64,000 bases of DNA from Candidatus Daviesbacteria bacterium (GTDB taxonomy: Bacteria; Patescibacteriota; Microgenomatia; Daviesbacterales; UBA10151), in the NCBI GenBank assembly GCA_016176465.1, contig JACOXD010000008.1:7680-71679 (forward strand). Reading direction: 5' to 3'. Below, piece by piece: positions 37,130 through 46,463 of the stretch. A program made the position numbers and the translations under genes. Below the pieces are notes generated by a model. It did not search any database. It had not been told where the DNA came from and saw only the letters and a program-made list of their open reading frames with translations. Position 1 is the stretch's first letter; each line of letters begins with the position of its first letter.

Positions 37130-38326
37130 ATGATAGACATAGGTAGACACCCAATTTGGAAGGGAAGCCCCATTTGGGGACAAATTACTCCCATAAAAAA
37201 AAGAGGACACCTGCTTAGAATTTTTTTAGCCAAACAATATACTAAATTATTGCCTAAAGATCTTTTTGTGGGGGTAACTGGGACAGTTGGAAAAACAACT
37301 ACAGTAGCTGCATCTTTGGCTGTTTTATCGGAAAAGTTCAAGGCTATTTCTACATCTTCTGATTTAGATCCGGTTTTAAATATTCCTATTACAATTTTGA
37401 AAATAAGACCCAATATTAAAAAAGTAATTTTAGAAATGGGAATTGAATACCCACAAGATATGGATTTTTATTTAAGTTTAGTTCATCCATCAATTGGAAT
37501 TATTACTGGTGTTAGCTTGCAACATAGCGAATTTTTAGGAGGGGTAGAAGAGATTGCAAAGGAAAAAGCTTTGCTTATTGAACAGCTTCCAATCAAAGGT
37601 TTTGCTATTTTAAATTATGATGATCCTATTGTAAGAAAAATGGCAGATAAAACTAAAGCTCAAGTGATTTTTTTTGGATCGGATCCTAAAAATTGTCACA
37701 TTTGGGCAGGAAACATAAAGATAGAAAATTTCCAAACTGTTTTTGAGCTAAATTATGGAGTGGAGCGAATCCAAATTCACTCCAAGCTTTTAGGGATTCA
37801 TCAAATTTATCCACTTTTAGCAGCAGCGGCTTTAGGAATTTCTCAAGAGATACAACTAACATCTATTAAAAGGGCTTTAGAAAAAATAGAATCTCCTACT
37901 CATAGGATGCAAATACATAGTGGGTACAATGGATCACTTATTATTGATGATACCTATAACGCTGCTCCCATCTCTGTTGAGGAAGCTATTAATACCTTAA
38001 ATATTTTACCTGCCAGAAGGAGAGTTGTAATTTTAGGGGAGATGAGAGAACTGGGGCAATACTCTGAAAAAATGCATCGATCAATAGCTCAAAAGATTTA
38101 CAATGATAAGATTGACTTAGTTTTTCTATTAGGTGGAGATACCAAATATATTCAGGATGAGTTACAAAAGCAAGGATTTATTCCAGAGCGGTTGCAAACT
38201 TTTGTCAATAATTCCCAAATAGTAAACCAAGTTCTAAAGATGTTGGCAAAAGGTGATGTAGTATTAGTCAAAGGCGCCAGAGCCAATAAGCTTGATGAAG
38301 TAGTAAGCAGAATTTCAAAGAAATGA
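37130..38326 (+). CDS. murF: Mur ligase, assigned MurF by position
   Basis: It has the P-loop VGVTGTVGKTTT. It lies immediately upstream of mraY with a 4-nt overlap. Confidence 0.6.
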   Translation: MIDIGRHPIWKGSPIWGQITPIKKRGHLLRIFLAKQYTKLLPKDLFVGVTGTVGKTTTVAASLAVLSEKFKAISTSSDLDPVLNIPITILKIRPNIKKVILEMGIEYPQDMDFYLSLVHPSIGIITGVSLQHSEFLGGVEEIAKEKALLIEQLPIKGFAILNYDDPIVRKMADKTKAQVIFFGSDPKNCHIWAGNIKIENFQTVFELNYGVERIQIHSKLLGIHQIYPLLAAAALGISQEIQLTSIKRALEKIESPTHRMQIHSGYNGSLIIDDTYNAAPISVEEAINTLNILPARRRVVILGEMRELGQYSEKMHRSIAQKIYNDKIDLVFLLGGDTKYIQDELQKQGFIPERLQTFVNNSQIVNQVLKMLAKGDVVLVKGARANKLDEVVSRISKK

Positions 38327-39327
38327 TTCAACTTTTAGGACTTGTCTTAATCTCATTTTTAATAACCAGTTTATCTTTAGTTCCATTTATAGACTTTCTT
38401 TACTTTTTAAGGAGAAAGTATCAAAAAAGTGTCGCGGTCGATTTAAACACTCCACTTCACAACAAACTTCTACAAGGAAAGGATCTTGCCACCCCTGTTG
38501 GTGGGGGTTTACTTTTAATCCCCCTAATTATTTTAATGAGTTTATTTTTTGTTTTATGGACAGATTACAGCTTAAATAGCCAACTATATCTTTTATTTTT
38601 TACCTTAATTTCTTTTGGACTGATTGGTCTCCTAGATGATTCACATAAAATATTCAAGCATTTTAGCGGCAAGTATGCGGGGCTTCGGGCACGCTATATT
38701 TTTTTACTCCAACTAATTTTTGCAACTGTAATAGCTTTTATTTTATACTTCCATCTTGGTTTTAATAATCTTTTTATTCCTTTTTTTGGAAATATAGTTT
38801 TAGGTTATTTATATATTCCACTTGCTTTAATCCCTATTGTCTCTTTTGCCAATGCTTTTAATATTTCAGATGGGTTGGATGGTTTATCTTCAGGACTTCT
38901 TTTAATTTGTTTGTTTGCATTTTTAGTTTTAGCAAGTGCAGTTTTTAATCAGACTTTAAGTATTTTTGTAGGAATTTGGATAGGAGCTTTAATTGCTTAT
39001 CTTTACTTCAATGTTTTTCCAGCCAGAGTTTATTTAGGGGACGGTGGAGCATATGGATTTGGAGCCACCTTGGCTGTTGTAGGATTACTTACGGGGAAAA
39101 TTATTGGTTTAGGTGTAATTGGTGGAGTGTTTATTATCATTGTTGCCTCATCTTTTTTACAAATTGTTTCCAAAAGATATTTTAAAAGAAAACTCTTTCC
39201 GATTGCCCCGGTCCATATGTATTTTAAATATGCCGGGTGGGAAGAACCAAAAATTGTGATGAGGTTTTGGCTAGCTGGAGTGATTTTTGCTATCTTAGGA
39301 CTTTGGCTGGCTCTTCTTTCAAACTAA
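38323..39327 (+). CDS. mraY: Phospho-N-acetylmuramoyl-pentapeptide transferase MraY
   Basis: It has the motif NAFNISDGLDGLSSG and 10 TM helices. Confidence 0.85.
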   Translation: MIQLLGLVLISFLITSLSLVPFIDFLYFLRRKYQKSVAVDLNTPLHNKLLQGKDLATPVGGGLLLIPLIILMSLFFVLWTDYSLNSQLYLLFFTLISFGLIGLLDDSHKIFKHFSGKYAGLRARYIFLLQLIFATVIAFILYFHLGFNNLFIPFFGNIVLGYLYIPLALIPIVSFANAFNISDGLDGLSSGLLLICLFAFLVLASAVFNQTLSIFVGIWIGALIAYLYFNVFPARVYLGDGGAYGFGATLAVVGLLTGKIIGLGVIGGVFIIIVASSFLQIVSKRYFKRKLFPIAPVHMYFKYAGWEEPKIVMRFWLAGVIFAILGLWLALLSN

Positions 39328-39334
39328 ATTTGTA

Positions 39335-40501
39335 ATGAAATCTGCCAAGGTTAAAATTTATTCGAAGAAAAGCTCTGCTTATCTGAAAGAAAGCTCTGCT
39401 TATTCTAAAAAAAACTACAAAATTTTTAAGCATTTTAGTGGATTAGATTACTCAATCGTTGTACCGCTTTTTTTACTGGTAGGGTTTGGTTTAATCATGG
39501 TTTATGATGCCTCTGTTGTTCAAGCTTACAAGGATTTTGGAGATAAATATTATTATATTAAACAACAGCTTTTGTGGGCATTGCTTGGTTTTTCGGGTTT
39601 AGTTTTTTGCAGTATTTTTCCTTATCAAAATTATAAGAAAGTTGCACTGCCACTGTTTATCTTTTCTTTTTTATTACTGATTTTAGTTTTGATTCCGGGT
39701 TTGGGAATTGCTGCAGGGGGGGCGCATCGGTGGTTAAAATTAGGTCCCATCACTGTTCAACCAGCAGAAATAATTAAACTCTCCATGATTGTTTTTTTGG
39801 CCGCGTTGTTTGAGAAAAGAGTAAGAACAGTCCCCTTTATACTTTCTCTGATTGCTGTTAGTTTAATCCTGGGGGTATTTCAGCGGGATTTAGGATCAAC
39901 TATAGTTTTTTTTGTAATCGCTTTAGCAATCTATGTAGCATCCGGTGCTTCTTTAATGTATTTTCTTTTTTTAGCTCCTTTTGCTCTAGCGGGTTTAGTA
40001 TACTTTATTTTATCTTCTCACTATAGAAGGCAGCGAGTAATTGCTTTCTTAGACCCATTTTATGATCCCCAAGGATATTCTTATCACATCTCTCAAATAT
40101 TAATTGCTTTAGGTTCAGGTTCTTTGTTTGGGTTGGGCCTTGGTCAATCCAGACAAAAATTTGAATATATTCCAGAGGTAACAACAGACTCTATTTTTGC
40201 CATAGTCGGGGAGGAATTTGGATTTTTAGGTGCCCTAGTTTTAATTTTAATTTTTTGCTATTTAATTTATCGGGCTTTCAAAATATCGGAAAATATTGAA
40301 GACCGCTTTGGAAAACTTTTAGCATTTGGTTTAACTTGCTGGCTTGGGGTTCAGTTGGCAATTAACTTAGCAGCAATGGTTTCATTAATTCCTCTAACTG
40401 GAGTTCCACTCCCTTTTATCTCCTATGGGGGGTCAGCCCTTTTAACAAACCTGGTAGCAGTAGGTATACTTTTAAATATCTCCAGATCCTCTAAAGCTTA
40501 A
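39335..40501 (+). CDS. ftsW: SEDS-family peptidoglycan glycosyltransferase FtsW
   Basis: It has the motif IPLTGVPLPFISYGGSALL. It sits in the dcw cluster. Confidence 0.8.
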   Translation: MKSAKVKIYSKKSSAYLKESSAYSKKNYKIFKHFSGLDYSIVVPLFLLVGFGLIMVYDASVVQAYKDFGDKYYYIKQQLLWALLGFSGLVFCSIFPYQNYKKVALPLFIFSFLLLILVLIPGLGIAAGGAHRWLKLGPITVQPAEIIKLSMIVFLAALFEKRVRTVPFILSLIAVSLILGVFQRDLGSTIVFFVIALAIYVASGASLMYFLFLAPFALAGLVYFILSSHYRRQRVIAFLDPFYDPQGYSYHISQILIALGSGSLFGLGLGQSRQKFEYIPEVTTDSIFAIVGEEFGFLGALVLILIFCYLIYRAFKISENIEDRFGKLLAFGLTCWLGVQLAINLAAMVSLIPLTGVPLPFISYGGSALLTNLVAVGILLNISRSSKA

Positions 40502-40513
40502 CATTTAATTAGT

Positions 40514-40547
40514 ATCCGCAGGTTACCGCTCAATCAACCCCGGGGGT
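40514..40547 (+). repeat. Family A 34-nt repeat (second exact copy)
   Basis: It is identical to 23743-23776. It lies 13 nt after the ftsW stop and is followed by TTTCCGTATTTCC, which is roughly the inverse of GGAAACCTGGAAAT that follows copy 1. Confidence 0.8.
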
Positions 40548-40597
40548 TTCCGTATTTCCATATCTCCAAATATACACACAAGGTATAATAAATTTTA

Positions 40598-40918
40598 ATG
40601 GATGAAATAGTTTTTCCGGAATATGATGGAAGATCACTGCTTAATATACCTTCAACAATCTTTAAGCTTTTTGGTGTAACCCCACTAAAAAAGGCCCTTC
40701 CAAAGTATTATTATCAAAGCATAAGGGAGTGTGAAAAAATAGTTCTACTTTTGCTAGATAGATTTGGAGATAATGTTTTTATCAAACACTTATCTAAAAT
40801 ACCTTTTTTAAAAAAACTTAAGGACAGAGGAATTTATCATCTAGGTATGCATGGAGGTTTAAGTAAAGATGAGATGAAAATTCCATACATTACTGTTAAA
40901 ATTTCTGATCTAAAATAA
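40598..40918 (+). pseudogene. Remnant of an alkaline-phosphatase-superfamily (phosphodiesterase/phosphopentomutase-like) gene
   Basis: The 106-aa ORF has an N-terminal-like segment (KIVLLLLDRFGDNVF) fused to a C-terminal-like segment (GMHGGLSKDEMKIPYI). AP-family proteins are normally ~270 aa. It occupies the slot where murD would be expected. Confidence 0.35.
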
Positions 40919-40920
40919 AG

Positions 40921-42057
40921 ATGAAAATTTTACTAACTGGTGCTCACTTTACTCCTGCCCAAGCAGTAATTGAAGAATTAAGTAGTTTCTCTGATGTAGA
41001 GATAGTTTATGTTGGAAGAAGTAAAACTCGTGAGGGCGATCAAGTAAGATCAGTTGAGTCAGTGGTGTTTCCACAAAAAGGAGTTAAATTTTACTCAATC
41101 ATTGCTGGTAGATTCCAAACAACAAATTCAGCCTATTTTTTCACTTCCACTCTTAAGATACCCATAGGTTTTATTCATGCTTTTTATATTCTTTTAAAAG
41201 AAAAGCCCGATATTATTTTATCCTTTGGAGGATACGTAGGATTACCAATGGTTATTGCTGGGTGGTTTTTATCCATTCCTATAATAATTCATGAGCAAAC
41301 TTTAGTTTCTGGTCTAGCAAACTCCATTAGTAGTTTATTTGCCAGTAAAATCGCACTTGCCTTTACCGAAACTGCTAAAAATTTTCCTGAAAAAAAGGTA
41401 GTAATTACTGGCAATCCTTTAAGAACTGAAATCTTAACTCCCTCTTTAAGTCCTCCAAAAGCTTTAAAGATTTTTTTTCAAAATGCAAAGATCGAAAACT
41501 TACCCATACTTTTAATAGTTGGAGGAAACCAAGGATCTCACTTATTAAATAAGACGATTGAGGAAATTTTAGATAAACTTTTAGGAAATTTCTATATTGT
41601 TCACCAAACAGGAGAGTCAAAGTTTAGGGATTTTGAAACTCTACTAGATATAAAATCTAAACTAAATTACTCTAAGAGATATTTTGTATCTAAATGGTTT
41701 GATGATAAAGTTTACTCCCATATTTTAAAAAATACTGATATAGCGCTATCTCGAGGAGGAATTAATACTTTATGTGAGTTTGCTTATTTTGGTATACCAA
41801 CACTTGTAGTTCCCATACCATTTCTTTATAAAAATGAGCAATTAAAAAATGCAGTGTTTTTTGCCAAATTTCACTTTGTAAAAATAATTGAACAAAAATT
41901 CCTGCACTCTTCAAAATTAATGCAGGAGCTATCTTTAATGAAAAAGAATTTAAATAAAATTAAAAAAGATGCAAAAGATGCAAAAAGATTCATCGCTAAA
42001 GATGGTGCAAAAAAATTAGCTTTGGAAGTTATGATTTTGTTGAAAAATAGTGTATAA
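40921..42057 (+). CDS. murG: Lipid II synthase MurG (GT28)
   Basis: The motif VGGNQGSHLLNK matches the MurG GGSQGA motif. It has GT-B architecture and lies between ftsW and ftsQ. Confidence 0.65.
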   Translation: MKILLTGAHFTPAQAVIEELSSFSDVEIVYVGRSKTREGDQVRSVESVVFPQKGVKFYSIIAGRFQTTNSAYFFTSTLKIPIGFIHAFYILLKEKPDIILSFGGYVGLPMVIAGWFLSIPIIIHEQTLVSGLANSISSLFASKIALAFTETAKNFPEKKVVITGNPLRTEILTPSLSPPKALKIFFQNAKIENLPILLIVGGNQGSHLLNKTIEEILDKLLGNFYIVHQTGESKFRDFETLLDIKSKLNYSKRYFVSKWFDDKVYSHILKNTDIALSRGGINTLCEFAYFGIPTLVVPIPFLYKNEQLKNAVFFAKFHFVKIIEQKFLHSSKLMQELSLMKKNLNKIKKDAKDAKRFIAKDGAKKLALEVMILLKNSV

Positions 42058-42063
42058 CTTAAA

Positions 42064-42900
42064 ATGGCCGAGACATACAAAAAAAGAACCGAGTTTAGAA
42101 ATAAATCTTTTTTTAATAAAAAAACATTTATTTTAATAAGTTTAAGTATACTTTCCCTTTTTCTTTTTGTGCTGGGATATAAATTCTTAATTGTTAAAAA
42201 TATCAATATTTCCTCATCAAATACAAATTGTTTAAAACAAACTCAAATAAAAGGGGAAATTAACCTGATGGGAGTTAATTTGCTTTTAATAAATAAAAAT
42301 TCAATTTTAAATACTTTACAAAAAAAATATTTATGCATCAAAGATATTGAATTTAAAAAAAATTTCCCTAATAATTTGGCAATTCATATTAGTGGAAGAA
42401 TACCTGTTGCAATTTTAGAATTGTATCCTCCCAGGCAAAATAAAATTTACTTAAACGATTTAGAAGCAACCCCTTCATCTCAAGCGGCACTACTTAATTA
42501 CTCTTTCACTAATATTAATGGTAAAGATAAACTCTTAATAGATGAAGAGGGATATATTTTTGCAAAATTAGCAAACCAAAATCTACCCATTATCAAAACT
42601 GATGGTAATTTAAAATTAGGTCAAAAAGCGCCAATTGAAGTAATAAATGCTACTTCAATAATTCAAAAAATAAAATCAGAAAATTTAAATTTGAAAAACA
42701 TAAAGATAGTTGGTGGAAAAAATTTAATTATTGAGATGGAAGAAAAAATAATCTTTGATTTAAAAAAAGATTACGAGGCGCAACTAGCCTCTTTACAATT
42801 AATCTTGCAAAAAAGTAGAATTAATTTTAGGAAGATGGATATAGTTGATCTAAGATTTGAAAATCCAATCGTTACTTACTCCCCCATTAATAAAAAATGA
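42064..42900 (+). CDS. ftsQ: FtsQ/DivIB-like cell-division protein
   Basis: It has one N-terminal TM helix followed by a POTRA-like region. It is immediately upstream of ftsA with a 4-nt overlap. Confidence 0.45.
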   Translation: MAETYKKRTEFRNKSFFNKKTFILISLSILSLFLFVLGYKFLIVKNINISSSNTNCLKQTQIKGEINLMGVNLLLINKNSILNTLQKKYLCIKDIEFKKNFPNNLAIHISGRIPVAILELYPPRQNKIYLNDLEATPSSQAALLNYSFTNINGKDKLLIDEEGYIFAKLANQNLPIIKTDGNLKLGQKAPIEVINATSIIQKIKSENLNLKNIKIVGGKNLIIEMEEKIIFDLKKDYEAQLASLQLILQKSRINFRKMDIVDLRFENPIVTYSPINKK

Positions 42901-44225
42901 AAGATAAAATAGTTTGCGGAATAGATGTTGGTTCATCAAAAATAGCAACTCTGATTGCCTCGGTTGGTGATGATGAGCGAATTAATCTAATTGGCGTATC
43001 TGCGACTAATTCCCGGGGGGTAAAAAAAGGACAAGTAGTTGATATTGAAGAAGCAGTTACTGCAATTACAGAAAGTGTTGAATCCTCAGAACGAATGGCT
43101 GGTTATTCCATTTCCTCCGCTTTTGTTTCTTTAGGTGGACCCCAAATTGAGAGTATTAACTCCCATGCGGTTGTAGCTGTTGCCCAGCCGGAAGGAGAAA
43201 TTAGAGAAAGTGATATTTTAAGAGTTAATGATGCTGCAAGGGCAATAGCGTTACCCTCATCAAGAGAAATCTTGCATGTAATTCCTCGTACCTTTACTGT
43301 TGACGGCCAAGAAGGAATTAGAGATCCTATTGGCATGACAGGGGTAAGACTAGAAACAGATACTCACATTATTACTGGTGCTACAACAGCTATGAGAAAT
43401 CTGGCAAAGTGTATTGGAATGGTCAGAGTTGAGGTAGAGGAGTTGGTTTTTTCAGGATTAGCCGCCGCTTCAGCAGTTTTAACAGAAACGGAAAAAGAAT
43501 TAGGTGTAATTTTAGTTGATATTGGTGGTGAGACTACTGATGTAGTAATTTTTGTTGATGGTGCAATTGCTTACTCCGCAGTAATTCCTTTGGGAGGAAG
43601 ACATATTACATCTGATATTGCTGTGGGTTTACGAATTTCCCTTGAGTCAGCCGAAAAAATTAAACAATATTTGGGAAAAACTCCGCGCGTACCAGTTATG
43701 CCAGAAATAGAAAAGTTGCAAAAAATTACTGATAAAGTGACCCCACTAAATGAACGAAGTTCCTCTTTGAGTAAAAAGAAAGAAGAAGATACTTTGGATA
43801 TTAAAGCTATTGGGATTAGTGATGATATTGAAAAAGTGTCTCAAAAAGCTGTTAAGGATGGAATAATTAAACCAAGATTGCAGGAAATATTTAAATATGT
43901 GGGTAAAGAGATAAAAAAGAGTGGATTTGGTGCCCAAATTCCATCGGGTTTAGTACTCTGTGGTGGAGGAGCGCTAACAATTGGGTTACTTGATCAAGCT
44001 AAATATGTATTAGGCTATCCTGCTAGAGTGGGGAAAATAGAAGGTTTTACTGGTTTAACTGATGAAATAGATTCTCCATCCTTTGCCACAGTTGCGGGAT
44101 TAGTTCTTTATGGAGCTAGGCAATCAATTGGTAGTGAGATTAATCTTCCAGTATTGGGTAAGGGTTTGCCTTTTAAAGCATTTACCCAAAAATTAACAGA
44201 TTTGGTTAAATCCTTTCTTCCTTAA
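42897..44225 (+). CDS. ftsA: Cell-division protein FtsA
   Basis: It has the actin-fold motifs (GIDVGSSKIATLIA; VDIGGETTDVVIF; CGGGA). Confidence 0.85.
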   Translation: MKDKIVCGIDVGSSKIATLIASVGDDERINLIGVSATNSRGVKKGQVVDIEEAVTAITESVESSERMAGYSISSAFVSLGGPQIESINSHAVVAVAQPEGEIRESDILRVNDAARAIALPSSREILHVIPRTFTVDGQEGIRDPIGMTGVRLETDTHIITGATTAMRNLAKCIGMVRVEVEELVFSGLAAASAVLTETEKELGVILVDIGGETTDVVIFVDGAIAYSAVIPLGGRHITSDIAVGLRISLESAEKIKQYLGKTPRVPVMPEIEKLQKITDKVTPLNERSSSLSKKKEEDTLDIKAIGISDDIEKVSQKAVKDGIIKPRLQEIFKYVGKEIKKSGFGAQIPSGLVLCGGGALTIGLLDQAKYVLGYPARVGKIEGFTGLTDEIDSPSFATVAGLVLYGARQSIGSEINLPVLGKGLPFKAFTQKLTDLVKSFLP

Positions 44226-44295
44226 TTTTCCTTTACAAAAAATACTCGACAAAACGGAGTAATGTTGTTACAATCAGCCCAAAAGAAAGAGTATC

Positions 44296-45465
44296 ATGTT
44301 AATCAAACCTGATGTAGAGCGTTTTGCAAAGATTAAAGTTGTAGGTATTGGTGGTGCCGGCAATAATGCCTTAACTTCAATGATTAGTCTCCAACAAATC
44401 CAAGGTGTGGAATTTGTAGCAGTTAATACAGATGCCCAAGCCTTACTTGGCAATCAAGCTCCTACCAAAGTCCAAATTGGTGAGGCTTTGACTAAAGGCT
44501 TGGGAAGTGGAGGAAGTTGGGAGATTGGTCAAGCCGCAGCTGAAGAATCAGTCCAAAAAATAGAAGATGTAATGGGAGATGCAGATATGGTTTTTTTAAC
44601 AGCTGGAATGGGTGGGGGAACTGGGACAGGAGCAATACCCACAGCTGCAGGAGTTGCTAAACAGATGGGAGCTTTAACTGTGGCTGTTGTCACTAAACCT
44701 TTTATATTTGAGGGGAGTAGGAGAATGCAGGTTGCGGAAGAGGGGATTGAAAGATTGAAAGATAAAGTTGATGCATTAATTGTTATTCCAAATCAAAGGT
44801 TGCTTGAGGTTGTTGAAAAAAATATGAGCTTGCAAGATGCGTTTAAATTAGCAGATTCTGTTTTGGGTCAAGGAGTCCAGGGGATTTCAGATTTAATAAC
44901 TATGCCTGGTTTAATTAATGTAGATTTTGCAGATGTTAGAGCGATCATGAGTAGTGCTGGATCAGCTTTAATGGGAATTGGACAGGCAGGTGGAGAAAAT
45001 CGTGCTTCAACTGCAGCCAGAATGGCTGTTGCATCCCCATTACTTGAGGTTTCAATTGAGGGTGCTAAGGGAGTACTCTTTAACATTGTTGGAGGCCCTG
45101 ATCTTTCTATGAATGAAGTAAATGAGGCAGCCCAAATTATCTCTCAAGCTGCAGAGCCTGATGCAAACATAATTTTTGGAGCAACAATCAAAGAAGATTT
45201 GGTAGATATGGTCAAAATTTCAGTAATTGCCACAGGTTTTGATGAAACAAGAGGTAGATTAAGGGAATATGCAGGGATGGGCATTCCAACTCCTGTTAGT
45301 GCCTTTTCTCAAGTATCTAGTATGCAAAAAAGTGCAGCAGATGATACATCAACTACCACAACCACAACTTCCTCTCAGCCTGATGGTGCGGTTGAGGAGC
45401 CTGAAACAGAAAGACCTGAAGATGATGAGCTAGAAATCCCCGCATTTTTAAGACAAAATAGGTAA
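44296..45465 (+). CDS. ftsZ: Cell-division GTPase FtsZ
   Basis: It has GIGGAGNNA and the tubulin signature GMGGGTGTGA. Confidence 0.95.
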   Translation: MLIKPDVERFAKIKVVGIGGAGNNALTSMISLQQIQGVEFVAVNTDAQALLGNQAPTKVQIGEALTKGLGSGGSWEIGQAAAEESVQKIEDVMGDADMVFLTAGMGGGTGTGAIPTAAGVAKQMGALTVAVVTKPFIFEGSRRMQVAEEGIERLKDKVDALIVIPNQRLLEVVEKNMSLQDAFKLADSVLGQGVQGISDLITMPGLINVDFADVRAIMSSAGSALMGIGQAGGENRASTAARMAVASPLLEVSIEGAKGVLFNIVGGPDLSMNEVNEAAQIISQAAEPDANIIFGATIKEDLVDMVKISVIATGFDETRGRLREYAGMGIPTPVSAFSQVSSMQKSAADDTSTTTTTTSSQPDGAVEEPETERPEDDELEIPAFLRQNR

Positions 45466-45478
45466 AATAAAGTAATAT

Positions 45479-45898
45479 TTAAGGGGAGTAAGGGAATACT
45501 CGTCTTATTTCCTCAAAATGTTTGGGTCCAATATTTCGAATACTTGTTAATTCATTATCAGCTACATGCACTAAATCACTTATAGTCCGAATGGGTGGAA
45601 AGTTATTTTGAACTATACTTCTTGCAAGAGAAAGTGCCGGTTTAACTGAAAGGCCTTGTGCAAAAAACAATCCGCTAACAAACACTAATGCTTTGTTATA
45701 TCTATCGTGATCATAAGTAGGAGCATAAGTGTCATAATATATAGAAGGATCAAATAATGGTATTTCCCTTGGAGGTAATTCCATTAGTGGGTTATTAGAA
45801 TTAAATGATCTTTTAATTCTCGGTTTTTGGAGCTTCTTTCTTTGGCGAATGCTTTTGTAAAATTCTAGTCGCTGTACCCTAACAGACTTATTTTCCAT
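45479..45898 (-). CDS. Hypothetical small basic protein with a C-terminal region resembling the RNA polymerase alpha-subunit CTD helix-hairpin-helix
   Basis: TISDLVHVADNELTSIRNIGPKHFEEIRRVF resembles the alphaCTD pattern (IxDLv..se.eLl.i.N.G.KSl.EI). The N-terminus is K/R-rich. Confidence 0.3.
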   Translation of the reverse strand: MENKSVRVQRLEFYKSIRQRKKLQKPRIKRSFNSNNPLMELPPREIPLFDPSIYYDTYAPTYDHDRYNKALVFVSGLFFAQGLSVKPALSLARSIVQNNFPPIRTISDLVHVADNELTSIRNIGPKHFEEIRRVFPYSP

Positions 45899-45981
45899 AG
45901 CTTATAGTATAATCAATATAGGTAGGGTTGTCAACAATGAAACTCATAGAGCAAACTTGACTCTCCAACTTAGCTGTTGAT

Positions 45982-46030
45982 TGAACCTACAATCCCGGAT
46001 TGTAAATTCATTTCCAAACCCGGATTGGAA
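45982..46030. repeat. Family C palindromic repeat, inverted copy (tgaacctacaatcccggattgtaaattcatttccaaacccggattggaa)
   Basis: It is the reverse-complement orientation of 35119-35180. It lies in the 565-bp ileS upstream region. Confidence 0.65.
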
Positions 46031-46222
46031 ATTAAAGTAAGATTTTTTCCATAAGGTGATACATTAACAAGCTAAGCATATAAGTGTATTCATAGTCATA
46101 GCTTTAATTTTCCTTTCAAAATAAGTGAGTTTAGCTTCCCACCTTTCAGGTGTACGCACGCTAAATTCTATCCTATAATTATTTGTAGTATAATTGCTGA
46201 ATGCTAGAGGTTGTTATTACAG

Positions 46223-46244
46223 ATCCACAGGTTAACCCTGAATC
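46223..46244 (+). repeat. Family A repeat, degenerate copy (ATCCACAGGTTAACCCTGAATC)
   Basis: It matches the 5' 22 nt of the 34-mer with ~4 mismatches. It lies ~190 nt after a family C copy, the same C-then-A order as at 23655/23743. Confidence 0.45.
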
Positions 46245-46463
46245 TAGAACTAGGAGAGCGTTTTCCTATGGACCAGCAGGGGAATATCTTTTTTTTGGTT
46301 CGCAAAGGTGGTTTTACACTCAGCTAGTAATACTAAAACTGCTCCTTAACCTATTGGAAGAGGATTGGTAATAAAGTTAAGCTATAGCACGAAACTGTCA
46401 TCTGAAATTTTTCTCTAATCATATTGTTGCAGTCAAACTATCAAGTTAGTTACAATACTAAGC

